A stretch of 64,000 bases of DNA. Origin: Methanoregula sp. (GTDB lineage Archaea; Halobacteriota; Methanomicrobia; Methanomicrobiales; Methanospirillaceae). Where the stretch lies: assembly GCA_039698055.1 (NCBI GenBank), contig JBDKTL010000017.1, positions 1 to 64,000 of the forward strand, read 5' to 3'. The notes beneath the pieces were generated by a model that saw only the letters and a program-made list of their open reading frames with translations, ran no database searches and was not told the origin of the DNA. Made by a program: the position numbers and the translations under genes. This document shows, one piece after another, positions 21,184 through 31,167 of the stretch; the first letter of the stretch is position 1, and every line of letters starts with the position of its first letter.

Positions 21184-21524
21184 TGCACGAGTACACCATT
21201 GCCTATGATCTCTATGCAACCGCAAAAAAAGCAGCAATCGAAAACCATGCGGAAAAAGTAAAAAAAATTAATGTTGATGTCGGGAAAATGGCGATGGTGA
21301 ACCCCGAACAGGTCATTTTTTTATTTGATACAATCAAAGAGGACGACCCGCTTTTTACGTCCGCAGTGCTGGAATGCCATGAAATTGATCCTGTTACGAC
21401 CTGCACCTGCGGCTATGAGGGATCAGAAATGTATGTCTGCCCCCGGTGCGGAGCGCTTCCGCAACTGGTCAAAGGCAGGGAAATTGTGGTGACAAATATC
21501 GAAATTGAGGTAGAGGACGCATGA
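21183..21524 (+). CDS. hypA: hydrogenase nickel metallochaperone HypA
   Basis: MHE N-terminus, CTC..CPRCG, GRE. Confidence 0.93.
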   Translation: MHEYTIAYDLYATAKKAAIENHAEKVKKINVDVGKMAMVNPEQVIFLFDTIKEDDPLFTSAVLECHEIDPVTTCTCGYEGSEMYVCPRCGALPQLVKGREIVVTNIEIEVEDA

Positions 21525-22516
21525 AAGTTAACCTGATGCATGGTGCCGGTGGCGAGGTGATGGGAGAACTCCTGCAGACGCTCACCAAGTTCAAGCACAA
21601 CAACGCCGGCGGAATTGGCCTTGAATCGCTGGATGACGGGGCAGTCATCCCTATTAACGGGAATAATATTGTTTTCACTACTGATTCCCACGTTGTCCGG
21701 CCCATTTTTTTCCCGGGCGGCGATATCGGCCGGATTGCCGTCTGCGGCACCATCAACGATCTTGCGATGATGGGCGGCCGGCCCATCGCCCTTTCGTGCG
21801 GCATGATTATTGAAGAAGGCTTCGAGGTTGCCGACCTCGCAAGAATTGTTGCATCGATGGACGACGCTCTGGGTGAATGCGGCGCAAACCTTGTTACCGG
21901 CGATACAAAGGTGCTCGAAAAGGGGGCGCTTGACGGGATTGCGATCAATACTGCCGGTATCGGCATTGCAAAGACCGTTGTCCGGGATAATGGCCTGAAA
22001 CCCGGCGATGCAATTATTGTTTCCGGGACGCTTGGGGATCACGGGCTTGCCATCATGGCGAGCCGTGAGGGATTCGATCTTGGCGAACAGATTTGTTCGG
22101 ACGTATCCCCGCTCTGGACGCTTGTCGAAAAGATGCTGGATGCCGGGACCATTCATGCGATGAAAGATCCAACCCGGGGTGGGTTTGCCGCGGCGATCAA
22201 TGAAATGGCACGAAAAAGCGGCGTTCAGGTACGGATACAAGAAGAAAAGATACCGATTAAAAAAACGGTCCGGAGTGCCGCAGCGATGCTCGGCATCGAT
22301 CCGCTCGAAGTGGCAAATGAAGGAAAGATCGTTATGGGAGTTCCAGCATCCGATGTCGACGCGATACTTGCAGCCCTCCACTCTCATAAATATGGTAAGG
22401 ATGCGACCGTTGTCGGCACGGTGGTACAAGGCGCTCACGTCATCATGGAAACTTCAATTGGCGGGGAACGATTCATCGAACCACCGATGGGCGATCCGGT
22501 TCCCCGGGTCTGCTGA
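21521..22516 (+). CDS. hypE: hydrogenase maturation protein HypE
   Basis: HGAGG, FTTDSHVV, GDTKV, DPTRGG, terminal PRVC. Confidence 0.96.
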   Translation: MKVNLMHGAGGEVMGELLQTLTKFKHNNAGGIGLESLDDGAVIPINGNNIVFTTDSHVVRPIFFPGGDIGRIAVCGTINDLAMMGGRPIALSCGMIIEEGFEVADLARIVASMDDALGECGANLVTGDTKVLEKGALDGIAINTAGIGIAKTVVRDNGLKPGDAIIVSGTLGDHGLAIMASREGFDLGEQICSDVSPLWTLVEKMLDAGTIHAMKDPTRGGFAAAINEMARKSGVQVRIQEEKIPIKKTVRSAAAMLGIDPLEVANEGKIVMGVPASDVDAILAALHSHKYGKDATVVGTVVQGAHVIMETSIGGERFIEPPMGDPVPRVC

Positions 22517-22570
22517 GGCCGGGATAGTAAAAATTCAACTATTTTTTTTTATTTCATCTCAAGTTATGTA

Positions 22571-22755
22571 ATGGGGGCAAACTGCCCCTATGCTCCCGGT
22601 TACGATGCCCCCCGCCGCCCCCGATGGGACGCCCCCGCGGCGGATCTGGAATTCAGATAATATGGGGGGTCGACGAAATCAGTCATCTTATAGATCTAAA
22701 AAAAATAAATCTAAAGAAAAAAACCGCCTCGCCCAGCGAGGCCCCGACGAGGCGG
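22571..22755. repeat. REP/BIME-like GC-rich hairpin cluster
   Basis: Hairpins CCGCCGC..GCGGCGG (22612-22643) and CCGCCTCG..CGAGGCGG (22724-22755); 22571-22591 matches the reverse complement of 219-239 at 20/21. Confidence 0.6.
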
Positions 22756-22934
22756 CAAAAGCGACCCCAAAGGGATGGGAAACATCTTAAAAACTAAACA
22801 ACCGTTTACATCCGTTGTGTTTTTCGCACCAGTTGCGCGTCCTGATGCAATTAATTTGCAAAAAAAGAAAGGATCAAACCCCCCATTACATTATCCAAAA
22901 CTCCGGTTTCTCACTCTCTTATAAACCCCCCGGC

Positions 22935-23489
22935 TCATTCCAGATAGTTCATCAGCATCTCAAGCGCAGCCAGCTCTTTTCTCCCGCCGCATTTCCGGAC
23001 AATACCGGCATGATAATCGATAAGTTTCTTTAATTCTGGATCCCGGTTTTCCCTGAATCGGGTTGCATGCACCGTGGCATCGATGAGATTGCCAAATCCC
23101 CGGTTCACCGGGTGGACGACAGCATCCTCCACGATAGATTTTTCTGGCGTGAGCTCCACGTTGAGGATTGCATCCGTTTGTTTCTGCACGGTTGCGGTAA
23201 AAGCAATCCATGCCTCGGCACCCAGAAGCCGGTACATCTTTTTTTGTATGACCGGCTCTTCGGTAAACGATTCCTTTGGGAGATCTTCAAACGCGGTTTT
23301 CACGTAAATGACCGGATCGTGGATAATATTGGCAACCACCCATCCGTCCCGAACGATGTTTTCAGCAGTATGCGAACCGGCAAAAAGTATGATGCTGTAT
23401 TTTCCCTCGCGGTAATGAATCCCCATCGGCGCTGCATTAAAAGCAGTCGTTGCAATAACTTCGTTAATGCCACCGGTTAAGAGTCCCAT
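22935..23489 (-). CDS. DUF447 family protein
   Basis: EVIATT..NAAPMGI, GSHTAEN, NRG...IDATVHATR. Confidence 0.85.
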   Translation of the reverse strand: MGLLTGGINEVIATTAFNAAPMGIHYREGKYSIILFAGSHTAENIVRDGWVVANIIHDPVIYVKTAFEDLPKESFTEEPVIQKKMYRLLGAEAWIAFTATVQKQTDAILNVELTPEKSIVEDAVVHPVNRGFGNLIDATVHATRFRENRDPELKKLIDYHAGIVRKCGGRKELAALEMLMNYLE

Positions 23490-24298
23490 TCCCATCCCTC
23501 CCCCAGTGCCACGTAGAGCGCAGCAATCGTGATATCGGCAATCGAACCGGGGTTGATATCCTGTGCGATGCACTCCTCGTCAAGTTCGGCAAGGTCGCGC
23601 TTACCGTCCAGCACTTCACGTGCCTGGTTCATGACCCGGACGGCACAATCCTCCCCATGCTTCTTGACGATGAACGTGTCGGGCTCGGATGCCAGCAGCG
23701 TGACAAACATCTGGACAATTGAATTCCTGCCCGGGCCGAAATGGAAGAGGAAATCGGCACCTTTACGGGTGAGCGGGAATCCCATGACCCATTCCCGGGA
23801 TACCATGTCATGCGGGGCGGAATGCCGCATCACATCCAGCAACGACATGTCACGGTCACGCAGGATCGAGAGGGATTTTGGATCGTTTACATCCAGTTCA
23901 TCGGATGCATGCACCCGGACTTGTGTCAGGCCAAACGCCTGGTAAAATGCAACCGCATCGGAAACATCGGTTTTTTCTGTTGCCAGTATTGCCCCGGGAA
24001 TATCTTTGCCGTACACCAGCGGGATGAGCAGGATAAATGCCCCAAAATGAGTGTTGCCGCCATGATGCACATTTGTCTGCTGCACGGCATGTTTGATAAT
24101 CTCCCCGATTCTTCCGGTTCCCCGCTCTGCTTCTTCAAGGGCAGGCCGGGCAAAAATCGTGGATGCAAGAAAATGTTCTATACGGGTATCCTTGTAATCG
24201 TGGCACCGGTCGACATTTCCCGGCTTTGGGAATGCACAGACTTCAAGCATCATGGCGAGCTGGGCCCGCTCAACAGATCTCATCGGAAGGGACGTCAT
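23477..24298 (-). CDS. triphosphoribosyl-dephospho-CoA synthase (CitG-like)
   Basis: LEV..PKPGNV, GNTHFG, PDTFIVKK, INPGSIAD. Confidence 0.88.
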   Translation of the reverse strand: MTSLPMRSVERAQLAMMLEVCAFPKPGNVDRCHDYKDTRIEHFLASTIFARPALEEAERGTGRIGEIIKHAVQQTNVHHGGNTHFGAFILLIPLVYGKDIPGAILATEKTDVSDAVAFYQAFGLTQVRVHASDELDVNDPKSLSILRDRDMSLLDVMRHSAPHDMVSREWVMGFPLTRKGADFLFHFGPGRNSIVQMFVTLLASEPDTFIVKKHGEDCAVRVMNQAREVLDGKRDLAELDEECIAQDINPGSIADITIAALYVALGEGWEWDS

Positions 24299-25409
24299 GG
24301 AACACCCTGCTCATCAGGTTATCTGAAAGCTCGTGTTTCAGGCGCATATATTCTTTCTTTGTGAGCCCCTCCTGCTGGAGCGTCATATCGCGGAACATGC
24401 AGGGTGAGGAGGTTTTGCAGCACCATGCAAGACTCCCAAAACAGGTATTGTTCCCGCCTTCAAGAGGCGTGCCTTTCGCCGATCCCAGTTTAAGCTGGAT
24501 ATATTCGTCTTTTGGAATGCCGATCCTTGACAGGGCGGGTATGAGCGGGCACTCTTTTACCGGCATGCAGCAGAAGGTGAGTGCCCGCAGGTCCCCGCCA
24601 CGGCAGAGTTGTTTTGGCGAATTATACCATCCCTCTTCATCGGCGTACCGGGTGATCGCAGCGTCGAGTCCTGCCAGCGTGCGTTCATCGGCATGCCGGG
24701 CAAGCGATACCATGTCCGCGCCGTGGGAGAGCACCTCCCGCAGCCGGTCAAAGGTGTTGATGGAGTTGTTGGCGATTATTGTCAACGGGCAGCTGTTCCG
24801 GATCTGCCGCAGTTTTGCGATGCCGGTATCCATGAGATCGATGTGGAGGATATCTGCCCCCGCACTCCAGAGCGCCCGGGCGAGCGCCCGGTCATCTCCT
24901 GCAACGCCGACCCGCATTTTCACCGACACGGTAACCTCAAGGGCCTTGAGCGCCCTGACTGTGGCAACCAGGGCCTTGGGATTTTTCAGGTAATATTCCC
25001 CGGCACCGGCGTTTACCATCGGCTCCTGTCGGCAATGGGCATCGATCTCGTACACAACCGAATCGCCGAACGTCTCTGCCAGCGCACAAAATGCTTCCGG
25101 GGAACTTCCGCGCAGGTTAATTCCCAGCACAACGTCGGTTCCTTTGAGCAGTGCGATCTGTTTTGCGAGTTCGGCGACAGGATTGTCGTATAAAAATTCC
25201 CTGCGATCACCGGCAGAGGCGATTTCTTTTGCGGCATCCATTGTCGGCCCGTCAATGGAATATCCGCCGATGAATGCGAGACCAATATGATCTTTACGTT
25301 CGAGCACGTATGCCGCATCAACGATACCGGCCATAGATGCAAGAGCGACCGGTGTACGGACAATATGATCGTTTATTACAAGGCCGAATCGCTCAAATGC
25401 ATTCATCAT
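24270..25409 (-). CDS. methanogenesis marker 9 domain protein (Dus-like barrel plus Cys-rich domain)
   Basis: ASMAG, EIDAHCRQ, IIANNS, LCRGGDLRALTFCC..C, TCFGSLAWCCK..PC. Confidence 0.85.
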   Translation of the reverse strand: MMNAFERFGLVINDHIVRTPVALASMAGIVDAAYVLERKDHIGLAFIGGYSIDGPTMDAAKEIASAGDRREFLYDNPVAELAKQIALLKGTDVVLGINLRGSSPEAFCALAETFGDSVVYEIDAHCRQEPMVNAGAGEYYLKNPKALVATVRALKALEVTVSVKMRVGVAGDDRALARALWSAGADILHIDLMDTGIAKLRQIRNSCPLTIIANNSINTFDRLREVLSHGADMVSLARHADERTLAGLDAAITRYADEEGWYNSPKQLCRGGDLRALTFCCMPVKECPLIPALSRIGIPKDEYIQLKLGSAKGTPLEGGNNTCFGSLAWCCKTSSPCMFRDMTLQQEGLTKKEYMRLKHELSDNLMSRVFHDVPSDEIC

Positions 25410-25651
25410 AAGTTCATATCAGTTAATAGTTGAAAAAGAAATTACTTTCGCATGTCCTTATGGAAAAAAGGCAGATTCCCCGGCCGGATCCGAAAAACCG
25501 ATTTGGGGAACCAGATTTTCCCGGGGGTGCCCAAACAGGGTATATTCACCCGAATTTTGTATTCTGGTTCACCCTGTCCGCCGGGACCGTGAACGGATGA
25601 AAAATCCAATTAGTAACAATTTTTATCAATTAACGTATCACAATTTGTTAT

Positions 25652-26053
25652 ATGGTATTGAAGGGAATGCTACTTGTCGGCCATGGCAGCACCATGCCGT
25701 ACAATAAAGAACTGGTAGAATCGACCGGAAAAATGGTTGCGGCGCAGACAACCGAGTTCATTGTCAAATGTGCTTTTATGAATATGAACAAACCCTCTAT
25801 TGAGGATGCGCTGGCAGAATTCAAAAAAGAAAACATCGATGTCCTGGTCGTTGTCCCGCTCTTTCTTGCAAAAGGCGTTCACATTGAAAAGGACATTCCC
25901 TCGGTTATCGGTCTTGCAGAAGGCGTCAAAAAGGGAACATTTGCCCTTAACGGGAAATCCATTCCCCTCGTCTACGCCGACCCCATCGGAAGTGATCCGC
26001 TGCTCGCAAACCTGATGGTTAAAAATGCGCAGAAAGCGCTGACCCTTATCTGA
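25652..26053 (+). CDS. cfbA: sirohydrochlorin nickelochelatase CfbA
   Basis: VGHGS, PLFLAKGVH, CbiX-S size; first gene of the cfb cluster. Confidence 0.9.
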   Translation: MVLKGMLLVGHGSTMPYNKELVESTGKMVAAQTTEFIVKCAFMNMNKPSIEDALAEFKKENIDVLVVVPLFLAKGVHIEKDIPSVIGLAEGVKKGTFALNGKSIPLVYADPIGSDPLLANLMVKNAQKALTLI

Positions 26054-26061
26054 TTTTTTTT

Positions 26062-27282
26062 ATGAATATTCTTGTCCTGGACACGATTCACGGTGGTGCT
26101 GATATTGCTGCTGCCTATGAACGTGCCGGGCATTCCGTTGACGCAGTGGATATTTACCGGAAAACGACGCCGGATGAAGAGTCCCATGCCCGGATACGGT
26201 CGTATGATATGATCGTTGCACCGGTTCACATGGACCCGGTACATCCGCTGCTCGCACACCGGACGTGCCCGATTGTCACTCATCATGAAGCGGTGCGATC
26301 CCTGTTAGGCAATAATATGCCGGCCCTGATGGTGGAGATTACCGGGTCAAGGGGGAAGACGACGACCGCCCATGCTCTCGCGCACCTGCTCCCCAAAAAC
26401 GGCATCCTGCATACTTCAGCCGGGACATATGAATGCCCGGGGCACCTCCTGCTCTGTAAAAAGAGCATCACGCCTGCATCCGTGCTTGCAGCAGCAGGAT
26501 ATGCGCAGCATATCAACGGGTGGCTGATCGCGGAGGAGTCACTGGGAGTGACCGGGGCCGGTAACCTCGCGATCATTACCTCAGCTGAAGATTATCGCTG
26601 TGCTGCCGGTAAAAAAAGTGCGCTTGCAGTGAAACTTGAATCGGCAAAAAACTGCAAACGCCTGCTCGTCGCTGAGGGGATCAGGGTGCCCGGTCAGGAT
26701 ACAGTCACCCGGCTTGAGTCCGTTGCCTGTTGTCGCGGGCAGGAATGCTGTATTGCCCTTGAGGGGCAGACCTTCCGGTTTACCAGTCCGCTGCTGGAAT
26801 TATCCGGGTACCGGACTCCGCTTATGCTTGCCGGTACTGCCGCCGCCATGCTGGGCATCGATCCTGCGCCGCTTGGCACATTCCACGCCATGGCCGGACG
26901 GATGTCGATGACACAAGAACAGGGGATCGTTATCATCGATAACGCAAACAGCGGCACGAATGTCATGACCACGGTTGAAGCGGCACGGTATGCCCGCACG
27001 TGCGCCGGTGTTCCCGGTCTCACCCTTGTTATTGGCACGGTCAAAGGGGATGGTGCAGTCTGTGAAGGATTTCCCGATGCGCAGATTGTTGCCGCAATTG
27101 AGCAGGTACAGCCGGCTACTGTCGTATGGGTGGGCGATCCACCACACCATCTTCATCTCAACACTCCCCAAAAACCGTGGACTCCTGATGCCGTCTGTTC
27201 AACGCTCGCGGATGCGAAAAAGACTGCGATGAGGATAACAAAGCAAGGTTCTATTGTCCTTTCCGTCAAGACTTGGAGATAA
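26062..27282 (+). CDS. cfbE: coenzyme F430 synthase CfbE
   Basis: LDTIHGG, EITGSRGKTTTA, SITPAS, EESLG, DNANSG. Confidence 0.9.
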   Translation: MNILVLDTIHGGADIAAAYERAGHSVDAVDIYRKTTPDEESHARIRSYDMIVAPVHMDPVHPLLAHRTCPIVTHHEAVRSLLGNNMPALMVEITGSRGKTTTAHALAHLLPKNGILHTSAGTYECPGHLLLCKKSITPASVLAAAGYAQHINGWLIAEESLGVTGAGNLAIITSAEDYRCAAGKKSALAVKLESAKNCKRLLVAEGIRVPGQDTVTRLESVACCRGQECCIALEGQTFRFTSPLLELSGYRTPLMLAGTAAAMLGIDPAPLGTFHAMAGRMSMTQEQGIVIIDNANSGTNVMTTVEAARYARTCAGVPGLTLVIGTVKGDGAVCEGFPDAQIVAAIEQVQPATVVWVGDPPHHLHLNTPQKPWTPDAVCSTLADAKKTAMRITKQGSIVLSVKTWR

Positions 27283-27287
27283 CAAAT

Positions 27288-28358
27288 ATGTCAATGAAAT
27301 ATATGCACCCCCGCCCAAGTTCGATTGTCGCCGCGCTCTATACTGCCCGGGACCTTGAGGTCGATGTGGCAATCCTGCACGGCCCTTCGGGCTGTTCCTT
27401 CAAACACGCCCGGCTGCTGGAGGAAGACGGGATGCGGGTTCTTACCACATCGCTTGCCGACAACGAATTTATTTTCGGCGGGGAAAAGCCGCTCGTGGAT
27501 GTCCTGACCTATGCACAAGAACATTTTCCTGTGCACCGCATGGCCGTCATCGGGACCTGCGTCTCCATGATCATCGGCGAGGATCTCGAGTCCGCTATCG
27601 AAATTTCCGGCATTTCAACACCCACGATCGCGGTGGATATCCATGCCGGGTTCCCGGAAAATATTGCCGGTGTCCTTGCAACACTGGATGCGGCAGAAGC
27701 TGCCGGCTGGATTACAGAAGAGGAACTCGTCCGCCAGCATACGCTTATGGAAAAAGCAAACGAGGTGGAGCGGTTGCGCGGAGCGGCATCGCAGGCCTAC
27801 ATCGAACCGTCCCGGGGCGATCTCAAGCACATCGCCGCACAGCGCTTGATCGAATGCGCACGCAGCGGAAAAAAAGGGGTCGCGATCCTGAATGCAAAGA
27901 AAGAGACTGCCTACATGTTTGCCGATGAACTCCTCGCCCTTCACGATGCCTGTCCGGACACGGATATTACCTACATTGCCAATCTTGAAAACCGGGGACT
28001 GCCCAAAGTCCGTGCGGATGCAGAGCGGATCAGCACCGAGATGAAACAGCGGGGAGTGACCTTTGAGTGTATCGGGGCACTGGACGAGTACGGCGCAAAC
28101 GGCGATGCACTTGGAAAACGTATCAGGGAACTTGCCCCCTCGTTTGCGCTGATAGTTGGTGTGCCGCATGCAATCCCGCCGGAATACACCGAAGGTATCG
28201 AATGTTTTTCTGTCACGAACGGGCCCCGTCAGGTGGAACCCCTCCGGGCGATCGGGCACCAGCACGTGATGGTGGAAGTCGATCTGCATCCAAAGACTCT
28301 TGGCGTAAAAAATATTGTGGAAAGTGAATTTGGCGCCATCCTGCGGAGCCTGGCATGA
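27288..28358 (+). CDS. cfbD: Ni-sirohydrochlorin a,c-diamide reductive cyclase catalytic subunit CfbD
   Basis: HPRPSSIVAALYT, HGPSGC, GTCVSMIIGED, NAKKET, TNGPRQ. Confidence 0.93.
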   Translation: MSMKYMHPRPSSIVAALYTARDLEVDVAILHGPSGCSFKHARLLEEDGMRVLTTSLADNEFIFGGEKPLVDVLTYAQEHFPVHRMAVIGTCVSMIIGEDLESAIEISGISTPTIAVDIHAGFPENIAGVLATLDAAEAAGWITEEELVRQHTLMEKANEVERLRGAASQAYIEPSRGDLKHIAAQRLIECARSGKKGVAILNAKKETAYMFADELLALHDACPDTDITYIANLENRGLPKVRADAERISTEMKQRGVTFECIGALDEYGANGDALGKRIRELAPSFALIVGVPHAIPPEYTEGIECFSVTNGPRQVEPLRAIGHQHVMVEVDLHPKTLGVKNIVESEFGAILRSLA

Positions 28359-29731
28359 AGGCGCTGCTTGTCACCGGTGACCGTTCCGGCAGCGGAAAGA
28401 CGAGCATCACCCTTGCGCTTTCCGCGCTGCTCTCAAAAAAAGAAACCGTCCAGACATTCAAAGTGGGAATGGATTATATCGATCCCTCCTACCTTGCCGC
28501 AGTCTCTGGCCGGCCGTGCAGGAATCTTGACAGTTTTACTCTGAACCCGGCCCAGGTGCAGGATATTTTCTCTTACGGGTGCCGGGGAGCTGATTTTGCG
28601 CTTGTTGAAGGGGTCCGGGGTTTGTATGAAGGCGCTGAAGCGCTCGACGATACTGGCAGCACCGCAGCGATTGCAAAAGCACTTGACATCCCGGTTGTGC
28701 TGGTCGTATCTGCGCAGAGCATCACCCGGAGTGCGGCAGCAATCGTCAAAGGGTTCCAGGCATTTGACGAAAACGTTCACGTTGCCGGTATTATCCTGAA
28801 CAACGTGAAAGGGGGCAGCCACACCACAAAAGCGACCACCGCCATCGAACATTATTGCGGCGTGCCGGTGATCGGAGCGATTCCCCGCATGGAGGAGATG
28901 CGCCTTGCGATGCGCCACCTCGGGCTCGTCCCGTACCGCGAGGGAACCGGCCAGGGCGATTTCGATGCCCGGATTGAGGCAATCACCGGGCTTATCGGGA
29001 AGTATGTCGATCTCGATACGTTCACCGGGCTCGCAAAAGAGATCCCGCCCACGGCACAGAAAACAACGCTCTTCGATCAGGTGTCGCCACCCACCGTTCG
29101 TATCGGTGTCGCTTATGACGAGGCATTCAATTTTTATTATGCGGACCTGTTCGATATCCTGCGATCGCTTGGCGCCGATGTTGTCCGTTTCAGCCCGGTG
29201 CATGACCGGCTGCCGGATGCGGACGGGTATATTATCGGCGGCGGCTACCCGGAGCTGTTCGTTGCGGAGCTCGAAGCAAATGACCGGATGCGGGAAGCAA
29301 TCCGGGACGTGTCAAAGGCGGGGAGTCCCATCTACGCTGAGTGCGGCGGGCTCATGTACCTGACCGACAAGATGACGTTAAAGAAAGGCTGGCAGGATGC
29401 AGAACGCGATCAGTCTTACCAGATGTGCGGCGTTTTTTCCGGTGAAACAATTATGCCCGCCCGGCGTGTCGTGAGTTATGTGGAAGGGGAGAGCATGAGT
29501 ACAGGCCCGATGGGTGCGGCACATTTCCGTGGTCACGAATTCCATTATTCGGATGTATCGCTTGCGCCGGACACGCAGTTTGCCTACCGGCTCTCGCGGG
29601 GCATTGGCATCCGGGACCAGCGTGACGGCGCCGTAGTCCACAATACACTTGGCAGTTACACCCACCTGCACCCGGTGGCTAGCAGGGATATGTTCCGGCA
29701 TTTCGTGGAACTGTGCCAGTCCCCTCCGTAA
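28355..29731 (+). CDS. cfbB: Ni-sirohydrochlorin a,c-diamide synthase CfbB
   Basis: GDRSGSGKT, GMDYIDP, EGVRGLYEG, AECGGLMYL, GHEFHYS. Confidence 0.92.
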   Translation: MKALLVTGDRSGSGKTSITLALSALLSKKETVQTFKVGMDYIDPSYLAAVSGRPCRNLDSFTLNPAQVQDIFSYGCRGADFALVEGVRGLYEGAEALDDTGSTAAIAKALDIPVVLVVSAQSITRSAAAIVKGFQAFDENVHVAGIILNNVKGGSHTTKATTAIEHYCGVPVIGAIPRMEEMRLAMRHLGLVPYREGTGQGDFDARIEAITGLIGKYVDLDTFTGLAKEIPPTAQKTTLFDQVSPPTVRIGVAYDEAFNFYYADLFDILRSLGADVVRFSPVHDRLPDADGYIIGGGYPELFVAELEANDRMREAIRDVSKAGSPIYAECGGLMYLTDKMTLKKGWQDAERDQSYQMCGVFSGETIMPARRVVSYVEGESMSTGPMGAAHFRGHEFHYSDVSLAPDTQFAYRLSRGIGIRDQRDGAVVHNTLGSYTHLHPVASRDMFRHFVELCQSPP

Positions 29732-30012
29732 GGTTGACAGGTTCATGATACTGCGGGATGATTTCTCCCGCCCGGCACGGGCCTGTTTTTTTTTTGAGAT
29801 CGGGCAGAAATTAAACAAAAATCTTCGTTTATTGAATGAAAACCGCTTGTCAATTTCCTAATCCCGATAGCCGGAATAAAACTGGACGGTATCCAACAAT
29901 TCATACCTTATGATCCGTTATGGCTGGAGGGATTTTTTCCTGTTCAGGGTATTTGTTGCCCGGCAGATACAAAAGAAAAAACTACAAAACCAACAACGCC
30001 CCATCACAATCT

Positions 30013-30885
30013 ATGATTATTTATCTTGATGGGAAGTACGTGCCCGAGGACCAGGCAAAAGTCTCTGTGTTCGATCATGGTCTCCTGTACGGTGACGGGG
30101 TTTTTGAAGGGATCCGGGCGTACAATGGCAGGATTTTCCGCTTAAAGGAGCATATGGACCGGCTCTATGATTCGGCAAAAACCATCGATATTCAACCTCC
30201 GATCTCAAAAGAAGAGATGACCGAGGCAATATGCGAGACCCTTCGCAGGAATAATCTCAAGGATGCCTATATCCGTCCGATTATCACCCGTGGCATCGGT
30301 GACCTCGGGCTTGATCCCCGCAAGTGCCCGAAGCCTTCGGTCATCGTGATCTGTGTGACCTGGGGCGCGATGTACGGCGACCTGTACGAGAAAGGCCTCA
30401 AAGCCATTACGGTTTCCGTGCGGAGAAATCCGGCGGAATCGCTGCCGCCTAATGTCAAGAGCCTGAATTACCTGAATAATATTCTTGCGAAGATCGAAGC
30501 AAATTACAAAGGCGGCGACGAAGCGATCTTCTTTGATACCAACGGTTATGTTGCCGAGGGTTCCGGAGACAACCTCTATGTCGTTAAGAACGGCGAGATT
30601 CTCACGCCTCATACCATCAACAATCTCCGGGGAATCACAAGGATGGTCGCCCTTGAGATTGCAGAATCGCTTGGCATTACCGTAAAAGAACAGAACCTCG
30701 GGTATTTTGACCTGTACACGGCTGACGAACTGATCTGTTCAGGTACTGCGGCGGAGCTGGCACCGATTACCTGGATCGATGGCCGGGTTGTCGGCACCGG
30801 AAAACCCGGCCCGGTTACACGGCAGCTGATGGCCGGGTTCAGGACCGTCACCGAGAATGAAGGTTATCCCATTTACAAAAAATAA
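30013..30885 (+). CDS. ilvE: branched-chain amino acid aminotransferase
   Basis: [28 protein letters not shown]. Confidence 0.95.
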   Translation: MIIYLDGKYVPEDQAKVSVFDHGLLYGDGVFEGIRAYNGRIFRLKEHMDRLYDSAKTIDIQPPISKEEMTEAICETLRRNNLKDAYIRPIITRGIGDLGLDPRKCPKPSVIVICVTWGAMYGDLYEKGLKAITVSVRRNPAESLPPNVKSLNYLNNILAKIEANYKGGDEAIFFDTNGYVAEGSGDNLYVVKNGEILTPHTINNLRGITRMVALEIAESLGITVKEQNLGYFDLYTADELICSGTAAELAPITWIDGRVVGTGKPGPVTRQLMAGFRTVTENEGYPIYKK

Positions 30886-31026
30886 TTTCCCCCTCTTTTA
30901 TGGAATAATTATTTTTTTAATACCGGTAAATCCGGGGAATTTATTTTTCCGTACGTGCGATTTCACGCCCATGGTCTTGTTCCATAACCTATTTATGACG
31001 AGGGGTAAAATTAGTTAAAGCAACGC

Positions 31027-31101
31027 GCTGCTATAGTGTAGTCCGGCCAATCATGCGGGCCTTTCACGCCCGCGACTGGGGTTCGAATCCCCATAGCAGC
31101 A
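31027..31101 (+). tRNA. tRNA-Glu(UUC), integration target
   Basis: Acceptor stem GCTGCTA/TAGCAGC, anticodon loop CTTTCAC, GGGGTTCGAATCCCC. Confidence 0.96.
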
Positions 31102-31167
31102 TCTTCTTTTCAGACCAGAATCCCCAAGGGTTTTCCAACGCATTCTCCCAGCGTCAGCTTAATCCAT

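Noticed and set aside
25410-25651. NikR operator or riboswitch upstream of cfbA
   Set aside because: Only weak hairpins; no clear GTATGA-N16-TCATAC-like dyad
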